Shown here: one piece after another, positions 36,404-47,429 of the stretch
Layout: each line of letters starts with the position of its first letter
Position numbering within the stretch: position 1 is the first letter of the stretch
Made by a program: the position numbers and the translations under genes
Source of the DNA: an uncultured Spirochaetia bacterium
Lineage (GTDB): Bacteria > Desulfobacterota_D > UBA1144 > Nemesobacterales > UBA2774
Assembly (NCBI GenBank): GCA_964586675.1
Contig: CAZPHQ010000001.1
Span: forward strand, 127,385-191,384
Reading direction: 5' to 3'
DNA length: 64,000 nt
Notes under the pieces: generated by a model
Database searches by the model: none
What the model saw: only the letters and a program-made list of their open reading frames with translations
What the model was told of the DNA's origin: nothing

Positions 36404-38062
36404 ATGATCGTTAGTCCATTTGCAGGTAAGCCGGTAGAGCCTTCGATGCTTGTCGACGTGCCCAGGCTCCTAACCGCTTATTACAGCGAAATTCCGGATT
36501 ATTCAGTTCCCGGGCAGAGGGTTTCTTTCGGCACTTCGGGGCATCGCGGCTCCCCATTCGATAAAACGTTCAACGAGTTCCATATACTCTCGGTGGCTCA
36601 GGCAGTCTGCCTCTACCGAAGTCAAAAAGGGATCAATGGGCCGCTATTTTTAGGTATGGATACGCACGCGGTCTCGACGCCGGCATTCGTGAGCGTGCTC
36701 GAAGTCCTGGCGGCGAACGGGGTCGACGTAATGATATCAGAGCGCGACGAATACACGCCGACGCCCGTCATTTCACACGCGATTTTACAGTACAACCGGG
36801 GGCGTACCAGTGGGCTCTCAGACGGCATAGTGATAACGCCCTCACACAATCCGCCCGACGACGGTGGCATAAAGTACAATCCGCCGAGCGGCGGCCCGGC
36901 CGAGCCGGAAGTCACCGGCTGGATCGAATCCAGGGCCAACGAATTCCTGCAAAACGGTCTCAGCGGCGTCAAGAGAATCCCATACGAAAAGGCCCTTGGC
37001 GCACCGACGACGCACCGCCACGATTATCTCGATGCATACGTGAGCGACCTCGGCAATATAATCGACATGGACGCCATACGCGGCTCGGGCATAAGTCTCG
37101 GAGTAGACCCGCTCGGCGGCGCGGGAGTTCACTACTGGAAACCCATCGCCGAGCGCTACGGGCTCAATCTCACCGTAGTAAATGATACCGTCGACCCGAC
37201 GTTCCGCTTCATGACCGTCGACTGGGACGGGAAGATACGCATGGACCCTTCCTCGCCCTACGCGATGCAGAGCCTTATCAGGCTTAAAGACAGCTTTGAA
37301 ATAGCCTTCGCCTGCGATACCGACCACGACCGCCACGGTATCGTCACGAAGAGCGCGGGTCTCATGCAACCGAATCACTACCTGTCCGTCATGGCCTTTT
37401 ATCTCTTTCAGCACCGGCCGAAATGGGCGAAAGATACAGCTGTGGGAAAAACGGTCGTAAGCAGCAGCATGATAGACCGCGTCGCGGCGAAGATCGGGAA
37501 AAAGCTCTACGAGGTGCCGGTCGGATTCAAGTGGTTCGTCGAGGGCCTTCTTAACGGCTCGCTCGGCTTCGGGGGCGAAGAGAGCGCGGGGGCTTCGTTC
37601 CTCCGCCTTGACGGCGATGTGTGGACGACGGACAAGGACGGCATAGTACCGGCCCTCCTCTCCGCCGAGATAACCGCGCGCATGGGGCGCGACCCGGGCG
37701 AGATATACCGGGAGCTCACCCATGGCCTCGGCGAGCCTCTTTACGACAGGATAGAGGCGCCGGCCACGCCGGAGCAGAAAAAGGCGCTTTCAAAACTCTC
37801 TCCCGAACAGGTGAAGTCGACGGAGCTCGCGGGCGAGAAGATCGAGTCCGTACTGACCAGAGCGCCCGGTGACGGCAGCCCTATCGGCGGCCTCAAGATC
37901 ATCGCCGAAAACGGATGGTTCGCCGCCCGTCCTTCCGGGACCGAAAGCATTTATAAAATTTATGCAGAAAGTTTTAAGGGCGAAGAGCACCTTCGCCGCA
38001 TTCAGGAAGAGGCGCAGGCGATCGTCGACAGCACCCTTAAAAACGCCGACAAAAATTCATGA
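36404..38062 (+). CDS. pgm: phosphoglucomutase (alpha-D-glucose phosphate-specific)
   Basis: Active-site loop TPSHNPPDDGGIKYNPPSGGPA plus the GVDPLGGA and FACDTDHDRHG motifs. Confidence 0.9.
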   Translation: MIVSPFAGKPVEPSMLVDVPRLLTAYYSEIPDYSVPGQRVSFGTSGHRGSPFDKTFNEFHILSVAQAVCLYRSQKGINGPLFLGMDTHAVSTPAFVSVLEVLAANGVDVMISERDEYTPTPVISHAILQYNRGRTSGLSDGIVITPSHNPPDDGGIKYNPPSGGPAEPEVTGWIESRANEFLQNGLSGVKRIPYEKALGAPTTHRHDYLDAYVSDLGNIIDMDAIRGSGISLGVDPLGGAGVHYWKPIAERYGLNLTVVNDTVDPTFRFMTVDWDGKIRMDPSSPYAMQSLIRLKDSFEIAFACDTDHDRHGIVTKSAGLMQPNHYLSVMAFYLFQHRPKWAKDTAVGKTVVSSSMIDRVAAKIGKKLYEVPVGFKWFVEGLLNGSLGFGGEESAGASFLRLDGDVWTTDKDGIVPALLSAEITARMGRDPGEIYRELTHGLGEPLYDRIEAPATPEQKKALSKLSPEQVKSTELAGEKIESVLTRAPGDGSPIGGLKIIAENGWFAARPSGTESIYKIYAESFKGEEHLRRIQEEAQAIVDSTLKNADKNS

Positions 38063-38114
38063 GCCGGTAAAGACAACCAATCCCGGACTTCGGGGGAAAA
38101 TTTAAGGAGGAGCC

Positions 38115-40655
38115 ATGAGCGAGCAGTCATTTAACGACAACCCTATCAATTCTTTTCTGCCTACGGACATCGAAGGATTCGATTTCCTGGCCGAGTTGGC
38201 GCTGGATCTTCGATGGTCGTGGAACCACTCGGCCGACGAGATGTGGAAGGAAATCGATCCGGCCTTATGGGAGATCACGCACAATCCGTGGGTGATACTG
38301 CAAACCGTTTCCCGCAGCAGACTCAAGGAGGTGCTCTCCGATCCCCATTTCCGCGGGCACGTGAGCGAGCTGGTGCAGGTCAAGCGCCGTGAAGACGAGC
38401 AGCCCGCGTGGTTTCAGCACGTTCATCCGCAGGCTCCCCTCACCTGCGCCGCCTACTTCAGCATGGAATTCATGCTCAGCGAAGCCCTTCCCATATATTC
38501 AGGGGGTCTCGGCAACGTGGCGGGCGACCAGCTGAAGGCAGCCAACGACCTGGGCGTGCCGGTCGTCGGCGTCGGGCTTCTCTACCAGCAGGGCTATTTC
38601 CGGCAGGTGATCGACATGAACGGTGCTCAGGAGGCGCTGTTTCCATACAACGACCCTGGACAGCTTCCCATAACCCCGCTCCGCGAGGCGAACGGCGAAT
38701 GGCTCAGGCTCGAAATCCCGCTCCCAGGGTATTCCGTATGGGTGCGCGCGTTTCAGGTCCAGGTCGGAAGGGTGAAGCTTTACCTCCTCGACACGAACGA
38801 CGCCGCCAACTTCCCCGCTCACAGGGGAATAACGAGCGAGCTCTACGGAGGCGGATCGGAGCTTCGTCTGAAGCAAGAGCTCGTGCTCGCCATAGGGGGC
38901 TGGCGGCTTCTGCGCACACTTGGTATCAAGCCGGAAGTCTGCCACCTTAACGAAGGCCACGCGGCCTTTGCGGTCTTCGAACGGGCCCGCTGCTTCATGG
39001 AAGACACCGGTTTATCCTTCGAGGCGGCGCTCGCGGTCACACGGGCCGGTAACCTGTTCACTACTCATACGCCTGTCGCGGCCGGCTTCGACCGTTTCGA
39101 TCCCCACCTGATCGAGCTCTATTTCGGCGACTACGCCAGGAAGGAGCTCGGCATTTCGCTCCACGACCTCATGGCGTTCGGCAGGCAGAACCCGAACAAT
39201 TCGTCCGAGCCATTCAACATGGCGTATCTCGCCATAAGAGGGAGCGGCGCTATAAACGGCGTGAGCCGTCTTCACGGAGAAGTGAGCCGGCGCATTTTTC
39301 AAATACTATTTCCACGCTGGCCCGAAGAGGAAGTACCCGTCGGATACATTACCAACGGTGTTCATATGCCGACTTGGGATTCCCCGGCGGCCGACGAGCT
39401 ATGGACAGACACCTGCGGGAAGGACCGCTGGGTGAAGACTACCAAAACCCTCGAGCACGACTTACGCGCCCTGCCCGATGCGAAACTCTGGAATGTCCGT
39501 AATTCGGCGCGGAAAGAGCTTATCGAATACGCGAGGGAACGGTTGACACATCAGCTGATAGCCTCGGGGATGGCGCCCAAGGCAGAACGGGTGAAGCACA
39601 TATTCGACCCGGGTGTGCTGACACTCGGCTTCGCCCGGCGCTTCGCCACGTACAAGAGACCTAACCTCCTCCTTCACAACCCCGAGCGGCTTATAAGGAT
39701 TCTCTCTAACCCGGACCGTCCGGCCCAGCTCATTCTCGCCGGGAAGAGCCATCCCGCCGACAAGCCGGGACAGGCCATGATACAGGAATGGATACATTTC
39801 ATCAGGCGGTCGGATGTCAGGGACAACGTGATGTTTCTCGGCGATTACGACATGTTCCTTGCCGAGCGCCTGGTGCAGGGTATAGATGTCTGGATCAATA
39901 CCCCGAGGCGGCCATGGGAGGCAAGCGGAACGAGCGGGATGAAGGTGCTCGTAAACGGCGGTCTCAATCTTTCGATACTTGACGGCTGGTGGGCCGAAGC
40001 CTACTCTCCGGAAGTCGGATGGGCGTTCGGCGACGACAAGGAGCACGGAGACGACCCGGCCTGGGACGCTTCCGACGCCGAGGCGCTTTACGATCTCCTC
40101 GAATATGAGGTCATACCGGAATTCTACACACGCGATAATAACGGCATACCGACCACATGGGTTGCGCGTATAAGGGAGAGCATGGTTCAGCTGACCCCGC
40201 GTTTCTCGGCGGACAGGACCGTCCGCCAGTATACGGAAGAGCAGTACCTCCCGGCCGCTGCCGCCTACCGCGAGCGGGCGGAGGATAACGGTGCCGCGGG
40301 TCCGGAGATAGTAAACTGGCAGGGTTCCCTGAAGCAGAAATGGTCGTCGCTCCGCTTCGGAGACCTGAAGATCGAAGAGGACGGGGATCACCACGTTTTC
40401 GAAGTCGAGCTGTTCTTGGACGGGCTCGACCCCGATGCGGTGCAGGCCGAGCTCTATGCCGAGGGAATCGCCGGCGGCGCTCCCGTAAGGCAGCTCATGA
40501 CGCGCGTGAAGCACCAGGAGCCCGAGGAAGCATGCGTCTACAGCGCGCGGGTGCCCTCGACGCGCCCGGCTTCGGACTACACGCCCCGCGTGATACCGCA
40601 CCGCCCGGGCGTCACTGTTCCCCTGGAGGCCTCGCAGATCCTCTGGCAGAGATGA
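38115..40655 (+). CDS. glgP: alpha-glucan phosphorylase (GT35, DUF3417-type N-terminus)
   Basis: AGGAGG RBS, the PLP-lysine region WEASGTSGMKVLVNGG, and YSGGLGNVAGDQLKAANDLGVP near the N-terminus. Confidence 0.9.
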   Translation: MSEQSFNDNPINSFLPTDIEGFDFLAELALDLRWSWNHSADEMWKEIDPALWEITHNPWVILQTVSRSRLKEVLSDPHFRGHVSELVQVKRREDEQPAWFQHVHPQAPLTCAAYFSMEFMLSEALPIYSGGLGNVAGDQLKAANDLGVPVVGVGLLYQQGYFRQVIDMNGAQEALFPYNDPGQLPITPLREANGEWLRLEIPLPGYSVWVRAFQVQVGRVKLYLLDTNDAANFPAHRGITSELYGGGSELRLKQELVLAIGGWRLLRTLGIKPEVCHLNEGHAAFAVFERARCFMEDTGLSFEAALAVTRAGNLFTTHTPVAAGFDRFDPHLIELYFGDYARKELGISLHDLMAFGRQNPNNSSEPFNMAYLAIRGSGAINGVSRLHGEVSRRIFQILFPRWPEEEVPVGYITNGVHMPTWDSPAADELWTDTCGKDRWVKTTKTLEHDLRALPDAKLWNVRNSARKELIEYARERLTHQLIASGMAPKAERVKHIFDPGVLTLGFARRFATYKRPNLLLHNPERLIRILSNPDRPAQLILAGKSHPADKPGQAMIQEWIHFIRRSDVRDNVMFLGDYDMFLAERLVQGIDVWINTPRRPWEASGTSGMKVLVNGGLNLSILDGWWAEAYSPEVGWAFGDDKEHGDDPAWDASDAEALYDLLEYEVIPEFYTRDNNGIPTTWVARIRESMVQLTPRFSADRTVRQYTEEQYLPAAAAYRERAEDNGAAGPEIVNWQGSLKQKWSSLRFGDLKIEEDGDHHVFEVELFLDGLDPDAVQAELYAEGIAGGAPVRQLMTRVKHQEPEEACVYSARVPSTRPASDYTPRVIPHRPGVTVPLEASQILWQR

Positions 40656-40744
40656 CGGCTCACGACTTACAGCAGCGGCATCCGAATAATTGCCAGGGAG
40701 ACTTTGACCGGGCTTTGGAAGGGAATCGATTTTCTCGAAACTGT

Positions 40745-40821
<77 letters not shown>

Positions 40822-40870
40822 ATGGGTGATATTTAAGTTTATACTGCGCCGTGCAGGCCGACAAAACGGC

Positions 40871-41539
40871 CTAGGTTTTGTCTATATGCTCTATCTTTCT
40901 CGCAATGCCGACTATGCCGCTCCCTATCGAAACCAGCCTGACGACAGGCGATGCGGATTCCGAAACCGAGCCTTCGTATGCAAGCGCGGCGCCCCCGAGT
41001 ATTCCGAACCCGGCGTCGAGCACGCGCGCCGTTTTCACGAGGCTCCTCGGCAGAAAAGCTTCCTTGTCTATATTTCTCTCTACGCTGTTCGAGACGGTAT
41101 TTAGCGCCCTCCCCGCCCTCGAAATCCCCTTCCGGAGCTCCTCTATCTGGTCGGGATGGGTGAGCGCATAAACGGCGCCTATAGTTATTGATACCCCCTG
41201 CACCAGCTCGAGCGCGTGCGCCGGCTCGTAGCCCGCGGCGGTAAGTATCCCGTACTCGGTTTTCAAAAACTCGTCGAGGTCTTTAATCTGCCTCGTCACT
41301 TCCTGGTACTCGGCCTGAACGTCGTCGATATAGGCCTTTAGGCCATGGTAAAAATCCTCATCAGCAGCAAGCCTGTCTAGTGTTTCGGCGACGAGCCTCG
41401 CGGACGCCGTGAGCTCCGGCGCGGCCTTCCCGCTCCCGGAGACTAGGTCCGTTCGGGACGCCTCTTCGTAGAGCTTCTTCGCCCCGCTCCATGCGTCTCT
41501 AACGTATCGGGTTTTGCCGAAAAATTCGCTGCTGCTCAT
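40871..41539 (-). CDS. hypothetical protein
   Basis: ORF 40871..41605 trimmed to MSSSEFFGK. Helical with a Gly/Ala-rich hydrophobic C-terminus. No family assigned. Confidence 0.55.
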   Translation of the reverse strand: MSSSEFFGKTRYVRDAWSGAKKLYEEASRTDLVSGSGKAAPELTASARLVAETLDRLAADEDFYHGLKAYIDDVQAEYQEVTRQIKDLDEFLKTEYGILTAAGYEPAHALELVQGVSITIGAVYALTHPDQIEELRKGISRAGRALNTVSNSVERNIDKEAFLPRSLVKTARVLDAGFGILGGAALAYEGSVSESASPVVRLVSIGSGIVGIARKIEHIDKT

Positions 41540-41656
41540 AAAAGCCTTCCCGTAAATTATCCCCGGGGAAGGAAGAATACTACCCAAGAGAGGCCCTCTC
41601 TTCAATAATACGATTCACCCGGTTCCGGCAGCCCGTGGGCCGGGCCAGAGCGGAGG

Positions 41657-43624
41657 TCAGTAGGTCAGACGGATGCCTGCGCGCGGGCTTATTCCCGGCG
41701 CGGGGAATCCGACAAACTGCTCGTATTCGGCGTTCAGGAGATTCTCGACGGCGAGGAATACGCGCACGTTACGGGTCGGCGTCCACGTCGCCGTGAAATC
41801 GAAAACGGTGTAAGGGTCCAGGACGACGTCGCCAGTAGGAATCGACGAATCGTGAACGTCGCCCGTGAATACGGCGTCCAGCACCATGACGAGGCTCTGT
41901 TCCGGGCGGAACTCGACCGAAAAACCGCCGAACCACTTCGGGCGGTTCCTGAGCTCCTCGCCCGTTCCTTCGATGTCGCTGTCGGCATATGTCACGCTGC
42001 CGCTCACTGTAAGCGGGTCCCACGGATTGATGTCTCCTATGATCTCGAAACCCTTCACCGTCACGCGGGACCTGTTCACGAGGATCGGCGGCGGACCTTC
42101 GTCGAAGTCTATGAGATTCTTGAAGCGGTTGTAATAAAGATTCACCTGCGCGCCGGCCCTTCCTCCCCACACCCTCTGCGAGACGCCGACGTCTAAGCTC
42201 TCGCTTTTTTCGGGAACGAGATCAGGGTTCCCGACTATAGGACTCGAAAGCGAGAAGAAGCTCGGGAGCTTGAACCCCTTCCCCCAGTTCGCCCTGAGCG
42301 TCGTGTCCGTCGGCGCGATCTTGTATGTCAGCCCGGCCCTCGGGCTGAAGGCGTCGTTAAACCCCTCGGGGAAATCGAGCCTCCCGCCGAGGACAGCGTA
42401 GAGATTTTCGACCGCGCTGAACTGAATTTCGGCGTAGGGAGACAGTATGTACCTGTTAAGCGTGAAGCTGGTCGGGACCGGGGCCCCGAGCATTATTTCT
42501 CCGTTACTCTTTCCGTCTTCTATCTCGGCCTCGAACCCCGCGGCGAGCGCTATCCCTTTCGCTATAGTGAACGTATTTACGAAATTCGCGTCGTACCTTT
42601 TAAAGTCGTTGTCGGAGTTGGTCGGCGGTATGCCGAAAGGGTCTCTTATCCCGGGAGCGACGCCCGGAGACGAGAGCTTCTCCCTATTGTTGTAGTATGC
42701 GAGCTCAAGCCTGTATTCCCACCACGGCAAGATCTCGTGCGTCAGGTCGACTCCAAGAAGAAGCTGGTCGATGTTATTCCTGTCGACGGAACGGATAACG
42801 GCGAACTCCGGCCCGCCGCTGTCGTCGGGGAAGCTCGAGCTCTCTATGTGGGAATACCTGATAGTCGAGTTTATCTCGAAATTCCGGTTGTTGAGAAGGC
42901 CGAGCCTGCCCGTGAACGACGGGCTCTTGAAACTGCTCCCCTCCACCTGCTCCCCGTCGTCGAGGTACGAGCCCGAGAGCGAATAATTATAGAACTCCCC
43001 TCCCCCCGAGACTCCGCCGAGGAAGCTGTACTGCCCGTAGCGGCCGAGGGAGCCCTCGGCGAAGGCCTCGGGCTTCCCCTCCCCTTTTTTCGTAATTATG
43101 TTTATGACGCCGCTCAAGGCATCGGAGCCGTAAAGTGAAGACATCGGATCGCGGACGATCTCTATCCTCTCTATGTTGTCGGGGCTGAGTGTGGAAAAAT
43201 CGAACGACCCGCCACGGCTGTTGGTGGGGTCGTTAACCTTCACACCGTCAATCAGGACGAGAGTGAAGTTCGGGTCGCCGCCCCTTATGTATACGGACGT
43301 CACCCCGCCCCGAGACGCTGGCTGGTCAACATATAGACCCGGGACCTGCTGTAATATCTCGGCGACGCTGCTCGCGTTCCGCTCCTCGATCTGCTCCCGG
43401 GTTATGACGGTTACGCTCGCGGGCGTCCGGGAAATGGAAGCGGGGTTCAGTGTGCCGGTAACGACTACGGGTTCGAGAGAGGGCGCAGACTCGGCAGGGG
43501 CGACATTTTCCTGCGCCTCTGTCCAATCGCCGCATAATGTGAGAGGACCGAGCAACAATGCAAACGCGAGAATGCTCCAAACGACGTTCTTAACTTCGCT
43601 ATCCACCGGTCGGCTTCTATTCAT
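41657..43624 (-). CDS. TonB-dependent receptor (BtuB/CirA-size class)
   Basis: Signal peptide, plug-domain motifs (VVVTGT..., DALSGVINIITKKG), a beta-barrel body and a terminal aromatic residue (RLTY). Confidence 0.9.
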   Translation of the reverse strand: MNRSRPVDSEVKNVVWSILAFALLLGPLTLCGDWTEAQENVAPAESAPSLEPVVVTGTLNPASISRTPASVTVITREQIEERNASSVAEILQQVPGLYVDQPASRGGVTSVYIRGGDPNFTLVLIDGVKVNDPTNSRGGSFDFSTLSPDNIERIEIVRDPMSSLYGSDALSGVINIITKKGEGKPEAFAEGSLGRYGQYSFLGGVSGGGEFYNYSLSGSYLDDGEQVEGSSFKSPSFTGRLGLLNNRNFEINSTIRYSHIESSSFPDDSGGPEFAVIRSVDRNNIDQLLLGVDLTHEILPWWEYRLELAYYNNREKLSSPGVAPGIRDPFGIPPTNSDNDFKRYDANFVNTFTIAKGIALAAGFEAEIEDGKSNGEIMLGAPVPTSFTLNRYILSPYAEIQFSAVENLYAVLGGRLDFPEGFNDAFSPRAGLTYKIAPTDTTLRANWGKGFKLPSFFSLSSPIVGNPDLVPEKSESLDVGVSQRVWGGRAGAQVNLYYNRFKNLIDFDEGPPPILVNRSRVTVKGFEIIGDINPWDPLTVSGSVTYADSDIEGTGEELRNRPKWFGGFSVEFRPEQSLVMVLDAVFTGDVHDSSIPTGDVVLDPYTVFDFTATWTPTRNVRVFLAVENLLNAEYEQFVGFPAPGISPRAGIRLTY

Positions 43625-43764
43625 TATAATCTATAACTTCGCGCGGTATGGAAATCCGGTGACTACCACTGATATGGAATTTACTGGCAGTCGATACAAA
43701 TATACCGGAGTCCCGGCCCGAAGCTCGACAGCCCGGGTAACAATCGAGGCCGGCAGCTTTTCAA

Positions 43765-45552
43765 TCAACGCTTTTTGATTCGCGAGATATAAATAACCGC
43801 CAGGACGCCGGAGAGAAGGAATCCAAGCGCGAACGAGTAAATAAGGCGCTTTAACCCCTGACCCGAAGCTGTTTCCTCCGGAGCCTGGCGAGCGGCATTT
43901 TCAGGTTCTTTCTCTTTTAAATTATCTTTCACGAGGTAATCCGCCAGAAGAGCGGCTTCGTGATCGGTGAGCCCGAGCTTGGGCATCTGCGAATACGGGT
44001 TGTCGAATTTCGGTTCGAGGAGGCGGTACTTCACCCAGGTTCTGACCTTGTCGATGCCCTCTTTCTGAAGTACTTCCTGCCTGGCATTCCTGTATTCTTT
44101 ATATGGCTCCATGTCGAGCCCGTCGAGCTTTTTAACCGTCTCGCGATATTCTGGCGAATCGAGCCTCTGGAGGATGCTTTCGGCCATGGTGTTCCTGTCG
44201 AGCCTCGGCCCCGCCGTACCCCAGCCATCGTAATCCACTACATGACACCCGTAACATGCGCGCGTGTCCAGCAAATCTTCCGCCGAAACCGCCTTGTCAA
44301 CCTTGTATGGGTATGAGTTCGATTCGTCGTACGTCGCTTTGTAAATAGATGTGAACCCGTTTTCGTCCGGCAATATGGGGGCATAATAGAGCCCGTCGGG
44401 CCCTATTCCAACCCCCACGATTATCTGGTTCTCCTCGCCTATGTATCTTAAAAAAAGCCTGGGGACGCTGAGCATCTTGTTTTCCGCAAACCCGTAATCG
44501 AGTATCGCTATGCTTTTATCCTCCCTTTGACCCGGGCCGGGCATCGAAAGATTACCCCCCATGACGAGATAAAATTTTCCCCTGTATTCCTCGGGGAAAA
44601 TTTCAAGATTCTCGGGATAATAATCGAGCTGGACAGGCCCGACCGAAGGATTGATCGCGAAATCGGCATTGAGGCCGGTGCTCCAGTTAGAGCCGTTCCA
44701 GAGATAATTCACCCCTTTCCTGACTTCTAGAAACCTGTCGGAGCTGAGGCCGTTGTCCCCGACGAAAACCCTGCCGTCTGCAACTTTAAGGCTGAACGGA
44801 TTACGAAGCCCGTAGGCCCAGACATAGTTTCGCGGCTTTTTTACATCGTCGTCCACGTAGAACGGGTTCGAGCTCACGGGTTTGCCGTCAGTCGTCATGC
44901 GTATAATTTTCCCGAGGAGCGAATCTACCTCCTGGCTCTTAAGGAAACTATGACCGTCGCCGACGGATACGAAAACCGTGCCGTCATATACCTGGCAGGG
45001 CCCGATCTGGTGAGACGGCGTCGTCTGCTCGTCGACGAAAACTTCCGTAAAGTCGACCGTGGATTTCGGCTTCAGCGAGAATGTCTCCGGCTCGGCTTCG
45101 AACCTCACCATATTATTACGAAGGATATTGTTCTCGTCCTGGTATGCGAAGGTAACGAAGACGTATCCGTTTTCCGGATCGAGACATATGCCGGCGAGTC
45201 CCGTTTCGCCGCTGAAAGCCGGCAGCTCTTCCTCGGGCTTGAGCTTAAAAAAATCCTCGGCGAACGTGTGAACGGTTCTGTCGTTGGTGACGACCTTCAC
45301 CTTCCCCCTGAGCTCCGTTACGAAATAAAGCGGATCGCCCGGTCCGTCGCCGGGATTCGGCACAAAGGCTATCGCGCTCGGAAACTGAAATCCCCCTGAG
45401 TCTACGCTTATCTTGAAATTATCACGGACAGCCCACTCTTTCATCCAGGGTTCCGAATCTTCCGCATATGCCGGGCGCAGCAAAAATATGAGCGAAAGGA
45501 GAAGCAGAAGGAAACAGGTTTTCAACAGACTGTGCTTATTCGATATTTTCAT
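43765..45552 (-). CDS. PQQ-dependent sugar dehydrogenase (sGDH beta-propeller) fused to a c-type cytochrome domain and a C-terminal TM anchor, paralog 1
   Basis: sGDH motifs HQIGPCQV...VGDG, LGKIIRMTTDGKPVSSNPF, VWAYGLRNPFSL and GVNYLWNG. Heme site CYGCH. Terminal hydrophobic helix. Confidence 0.85.
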   Translation of the reverse strand: MKISNKHSLLKTCFLLLLLSLIFLLRPAYAEDSEPWMKEWAVRDNFKISVDSGGFQFPSAIAFVPNPGDGPGDPLYFVTELRGKVKVVTNDRTVHTFAEDFFKLKPEEELPAFSGETGLAGICLDPENGYVFVTFAYQDENNILRNNMVRFEAEPETFSLKPKSTVDFTEVFVDEQTTPSHQIGPCQVYDGTVFVSVGDGHSFLKSQEVDSLLGKIIRMTTDGKPVSSNPFYVDDDVKKPRNYVWAYGLRNPFSLKVADGRVFVGDNGLSSDRFLEVRKGVNYLWNGSNWSTGLNADFAINPSVGPVQLDYYPENLEIFPEEYRGKFYLVMGGNLSMPGPGQREDKSIAILDYGFAENKMLSVPRLFLRYIGEENQIIVGVGIGPDGLYYAPILPDENGFTSIYKATYDESNSYPYKVDKAVSAEDLLDTRACYGCHVVDYDGWGTAGPRLDRNTMAESILQRLDSPEYRETVKKLDGLDMEPYKEYRNARQEVLQKEGIDKVRTWVKYRLLEPKFDNPYSQMPKLGLTDHEAALLADYLVKDNLKEKEPENAARQAPEETASGQGLKRLIYSFALGFLLSGVLAVIYISRIKKR

Positions 45553-45595
45553 GTGTAGGCTGATCTAGCGCAACGGCGCGAATCGCCGGATCGAT

Positions 45596-47362
45596 TCACT
45601 TTTTCCTGATAAATTTTACGTAAACGCCCATAAACAACAACGCGATAGCGCCGCCGAGCGCGAACGAATAAAAGAGGTGCCTGTACCTGAGATTCGGGAT
45701 AAAATGGCTCATCACTCCACGCACTTCCATTCCGATATCCGTATCCGGGTTCAATAAATAGTCCGCAATAAGCGCGGCCTCCTTTTCTGTAAGACCGGGA
45801 TTCGGCATTTGCGAGAACTGGTTGTCGAACCCGGGGCGCATCAGGTGATATTTCACCCACGTTTCGATGCGGTCGTCCCCGGTTTTCAGCATCAGCTCCT
45901 TTCTGGCCTCCCTGTATCTTACGTAGGGCTCCCTATCAAGCGCGTCGAGCCCGGCAACGGACTTTTTGTAATCGGCCGAAGCCAGCCTCTCGCCTATCCT
46001 CTCCTTCATTACCGCGCCTCCCAGCGCGGGACCGATATTGCCGAACCCGTAACCGTATATAACATGACAGGAATAGCACTGGTGGGAATTGAGGAGTGAA
46101 ATTACGTTCTCCCTGCTGCGGAGCGTCCCGGGGCTTACGTACCCTTCCCTGTAAAGCACCTTGAGCACTGCGCTCCGTCCCGAAGCGTCGGGCATGACCG
46201 GAACGAAATAAAGCCCGTCGGGGCCCATCGCAAGGCCCGATATAAGCTGGAGGCCTTCGCCGAAATACATGACGAAGTATCGCGGCGCGCTTCGCATTCT
46301 GCCCTCGGCGAGCCCGTAATCGAGAATCACTATTCCTCTATCCTGAGCGTTGATGTCGACCCTGTGAACGGGATTGCCTGTCCGGGCAAGGTAGAACCTG
46401 TCCCTGAAAGCTTCGGGAAAAACCTTTCCGCCCGGAGGATTATAATCGAGCTGGGCCATTCCGTCAGACGGCGTCAGCACCTGCGCGGCATTGGCCCCGA
46501 TACTCCATTCGGTCCCGTCCCAGAGATAATTTTCGCCCCGGCGGACTTCGAGGAACCTGTCCATGGTACCGGACCCGTTGTCGGCGGCGAATACCCGGCC
46601 GCCGACCGCCTCCACTCCGAAAGGATTTCTGAGCCCGGTCGTCCATACGTAGTTCCGGGGCTTTTTTATATCATCGTCGACGTAGAACGGGTTATCTTTA
46701 GGAGGCTTGCCGTCGGCCGTCATGCGGAGTATTTTCCCCTGGAGTGAATCGACGCTCTGGCTTACGCTGTAGGCGTCCCTTTGGAGGTCGGCCCGTACAT
46801 TACCGTCCCCGACGCCGACATACAGTAGCCCGTCCTCGACCTGACACCCGCCGATCTGATGCGAAGGGCTCGTATATTCGGCCGAGAATATTTCCGTGAA
46901 TGCAGTTTTGGAAACTGGTTCGAGAGAAAACGTGCCGGGCACGGAATCGAACCTCATTATATTGTTTCGGATAATCCCTTTTTCATCCTGGTATGCGAAG
47001 GTCACGAACACGTAGCCCCGCGAAGGATCGAGGCATATGCCTGCAAGCCCCGCCTCCCCGGACTGCTCGGGGAGCTCTTGCTGTGGTTTGAGCTCGAAAA
47101 ACCCCTCGGCGAAAGTATGGACCATCCTGTCGTTCGTTACGACCTTAATCTTCCCCCGGAGCTCGGTGACGAAATAAAGCGGGTCCTTCGGCCCCGTCCC
47201 GGGCTCGGGAACGAATGCAATGGCAGTCGGAAAATGATAGCCCTCGGTGTCTAACTCTATTGCGAAATTTTCGAGGAGAGTCCAGTCGTTCCTCCAGTCG
47301 TATGCCTCATCCCCGGCATGCGCTAGAGTCGTCATGAGCAGAATCAGGAGTATCGGTTTCAT
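45596..47362 (-). CDS. sGDH-cytochrome c fusion, paralog 2
   Basis: Same architecture as paralog 1. Heme site CYSCH. Collinear similarity over the full length. Confidence 0.85.
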   Translation of the reverse strand: MKPILLILLMTTLAHAGDEAYDWRNDWTLLENFAIELDTEGYHFPTAIAFVPEPGTGPKDPLYFVTELRGKIKVVTNDRMVHTFAEGFFELKPQQELPEQSGEAGLAGICLDPSRGYVFVTFAYQDEKGIIRNNIMRFDSVPGTFSLEPVSKTAFTEIFSAEYTSPSHQIGGCQVEDGLLYVGVGDGNVRADLQRDAYSVSQSVDSLQGKILRMTADGKPPKDNPFYVDDDIKKPRNYVWTTGLRNPFGVEAVGGRVFAADNGSGTMDRFLEVRRGENYLWDGTEWSIGANAAQVLTPSDGMAQLDYNPPGGKVFPEAFRDRFYLARTGNPVHRVDINAQDRGIVILDYGLAEGRMRSAPRYFVMYFGEGLQLISGLAMGPDGLYFVPVMPDASGRSAVLKVLYREGYVSPGTLRSRENVISLLNSHQCYSCHVIYGYGFGNIGPALGGAVMKERIGERLASADYKKSVAGLDALDREPYVRYREARKELMLKTGDDRIETWVKYHLMRPGFDNQFSQMPNPGLTEKEAALIADYLLNPDTDIGMEVRGVMSHFIPNLRYRHLFYSFALGGAIALLFMGVYVKFIRKK

Positions 47363-47429
47363 GGAAGCAGAGGAATTTATCGCACAATTTTACACGCACC
47401 CCAGCCAAGAACGAAACTAGAGTGTTGAA

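Noticed and set aside
43645-43675. Cobalamin-riboswitch-like string GGAAATCCGGTGACTACCACTG in the 140-nt gap upstream of the TonB-dependent receptor
   Set aside because: The resemblance (GGTG ... CCACTG core) is on the plus strand, but both flanking genes are on the minus strand. The minus-strand reading does not match the B12 element. No B12 box is visible and the gap is short for a full riboswitch. A covariance-model scan (RF00174) on both strands would settle it.
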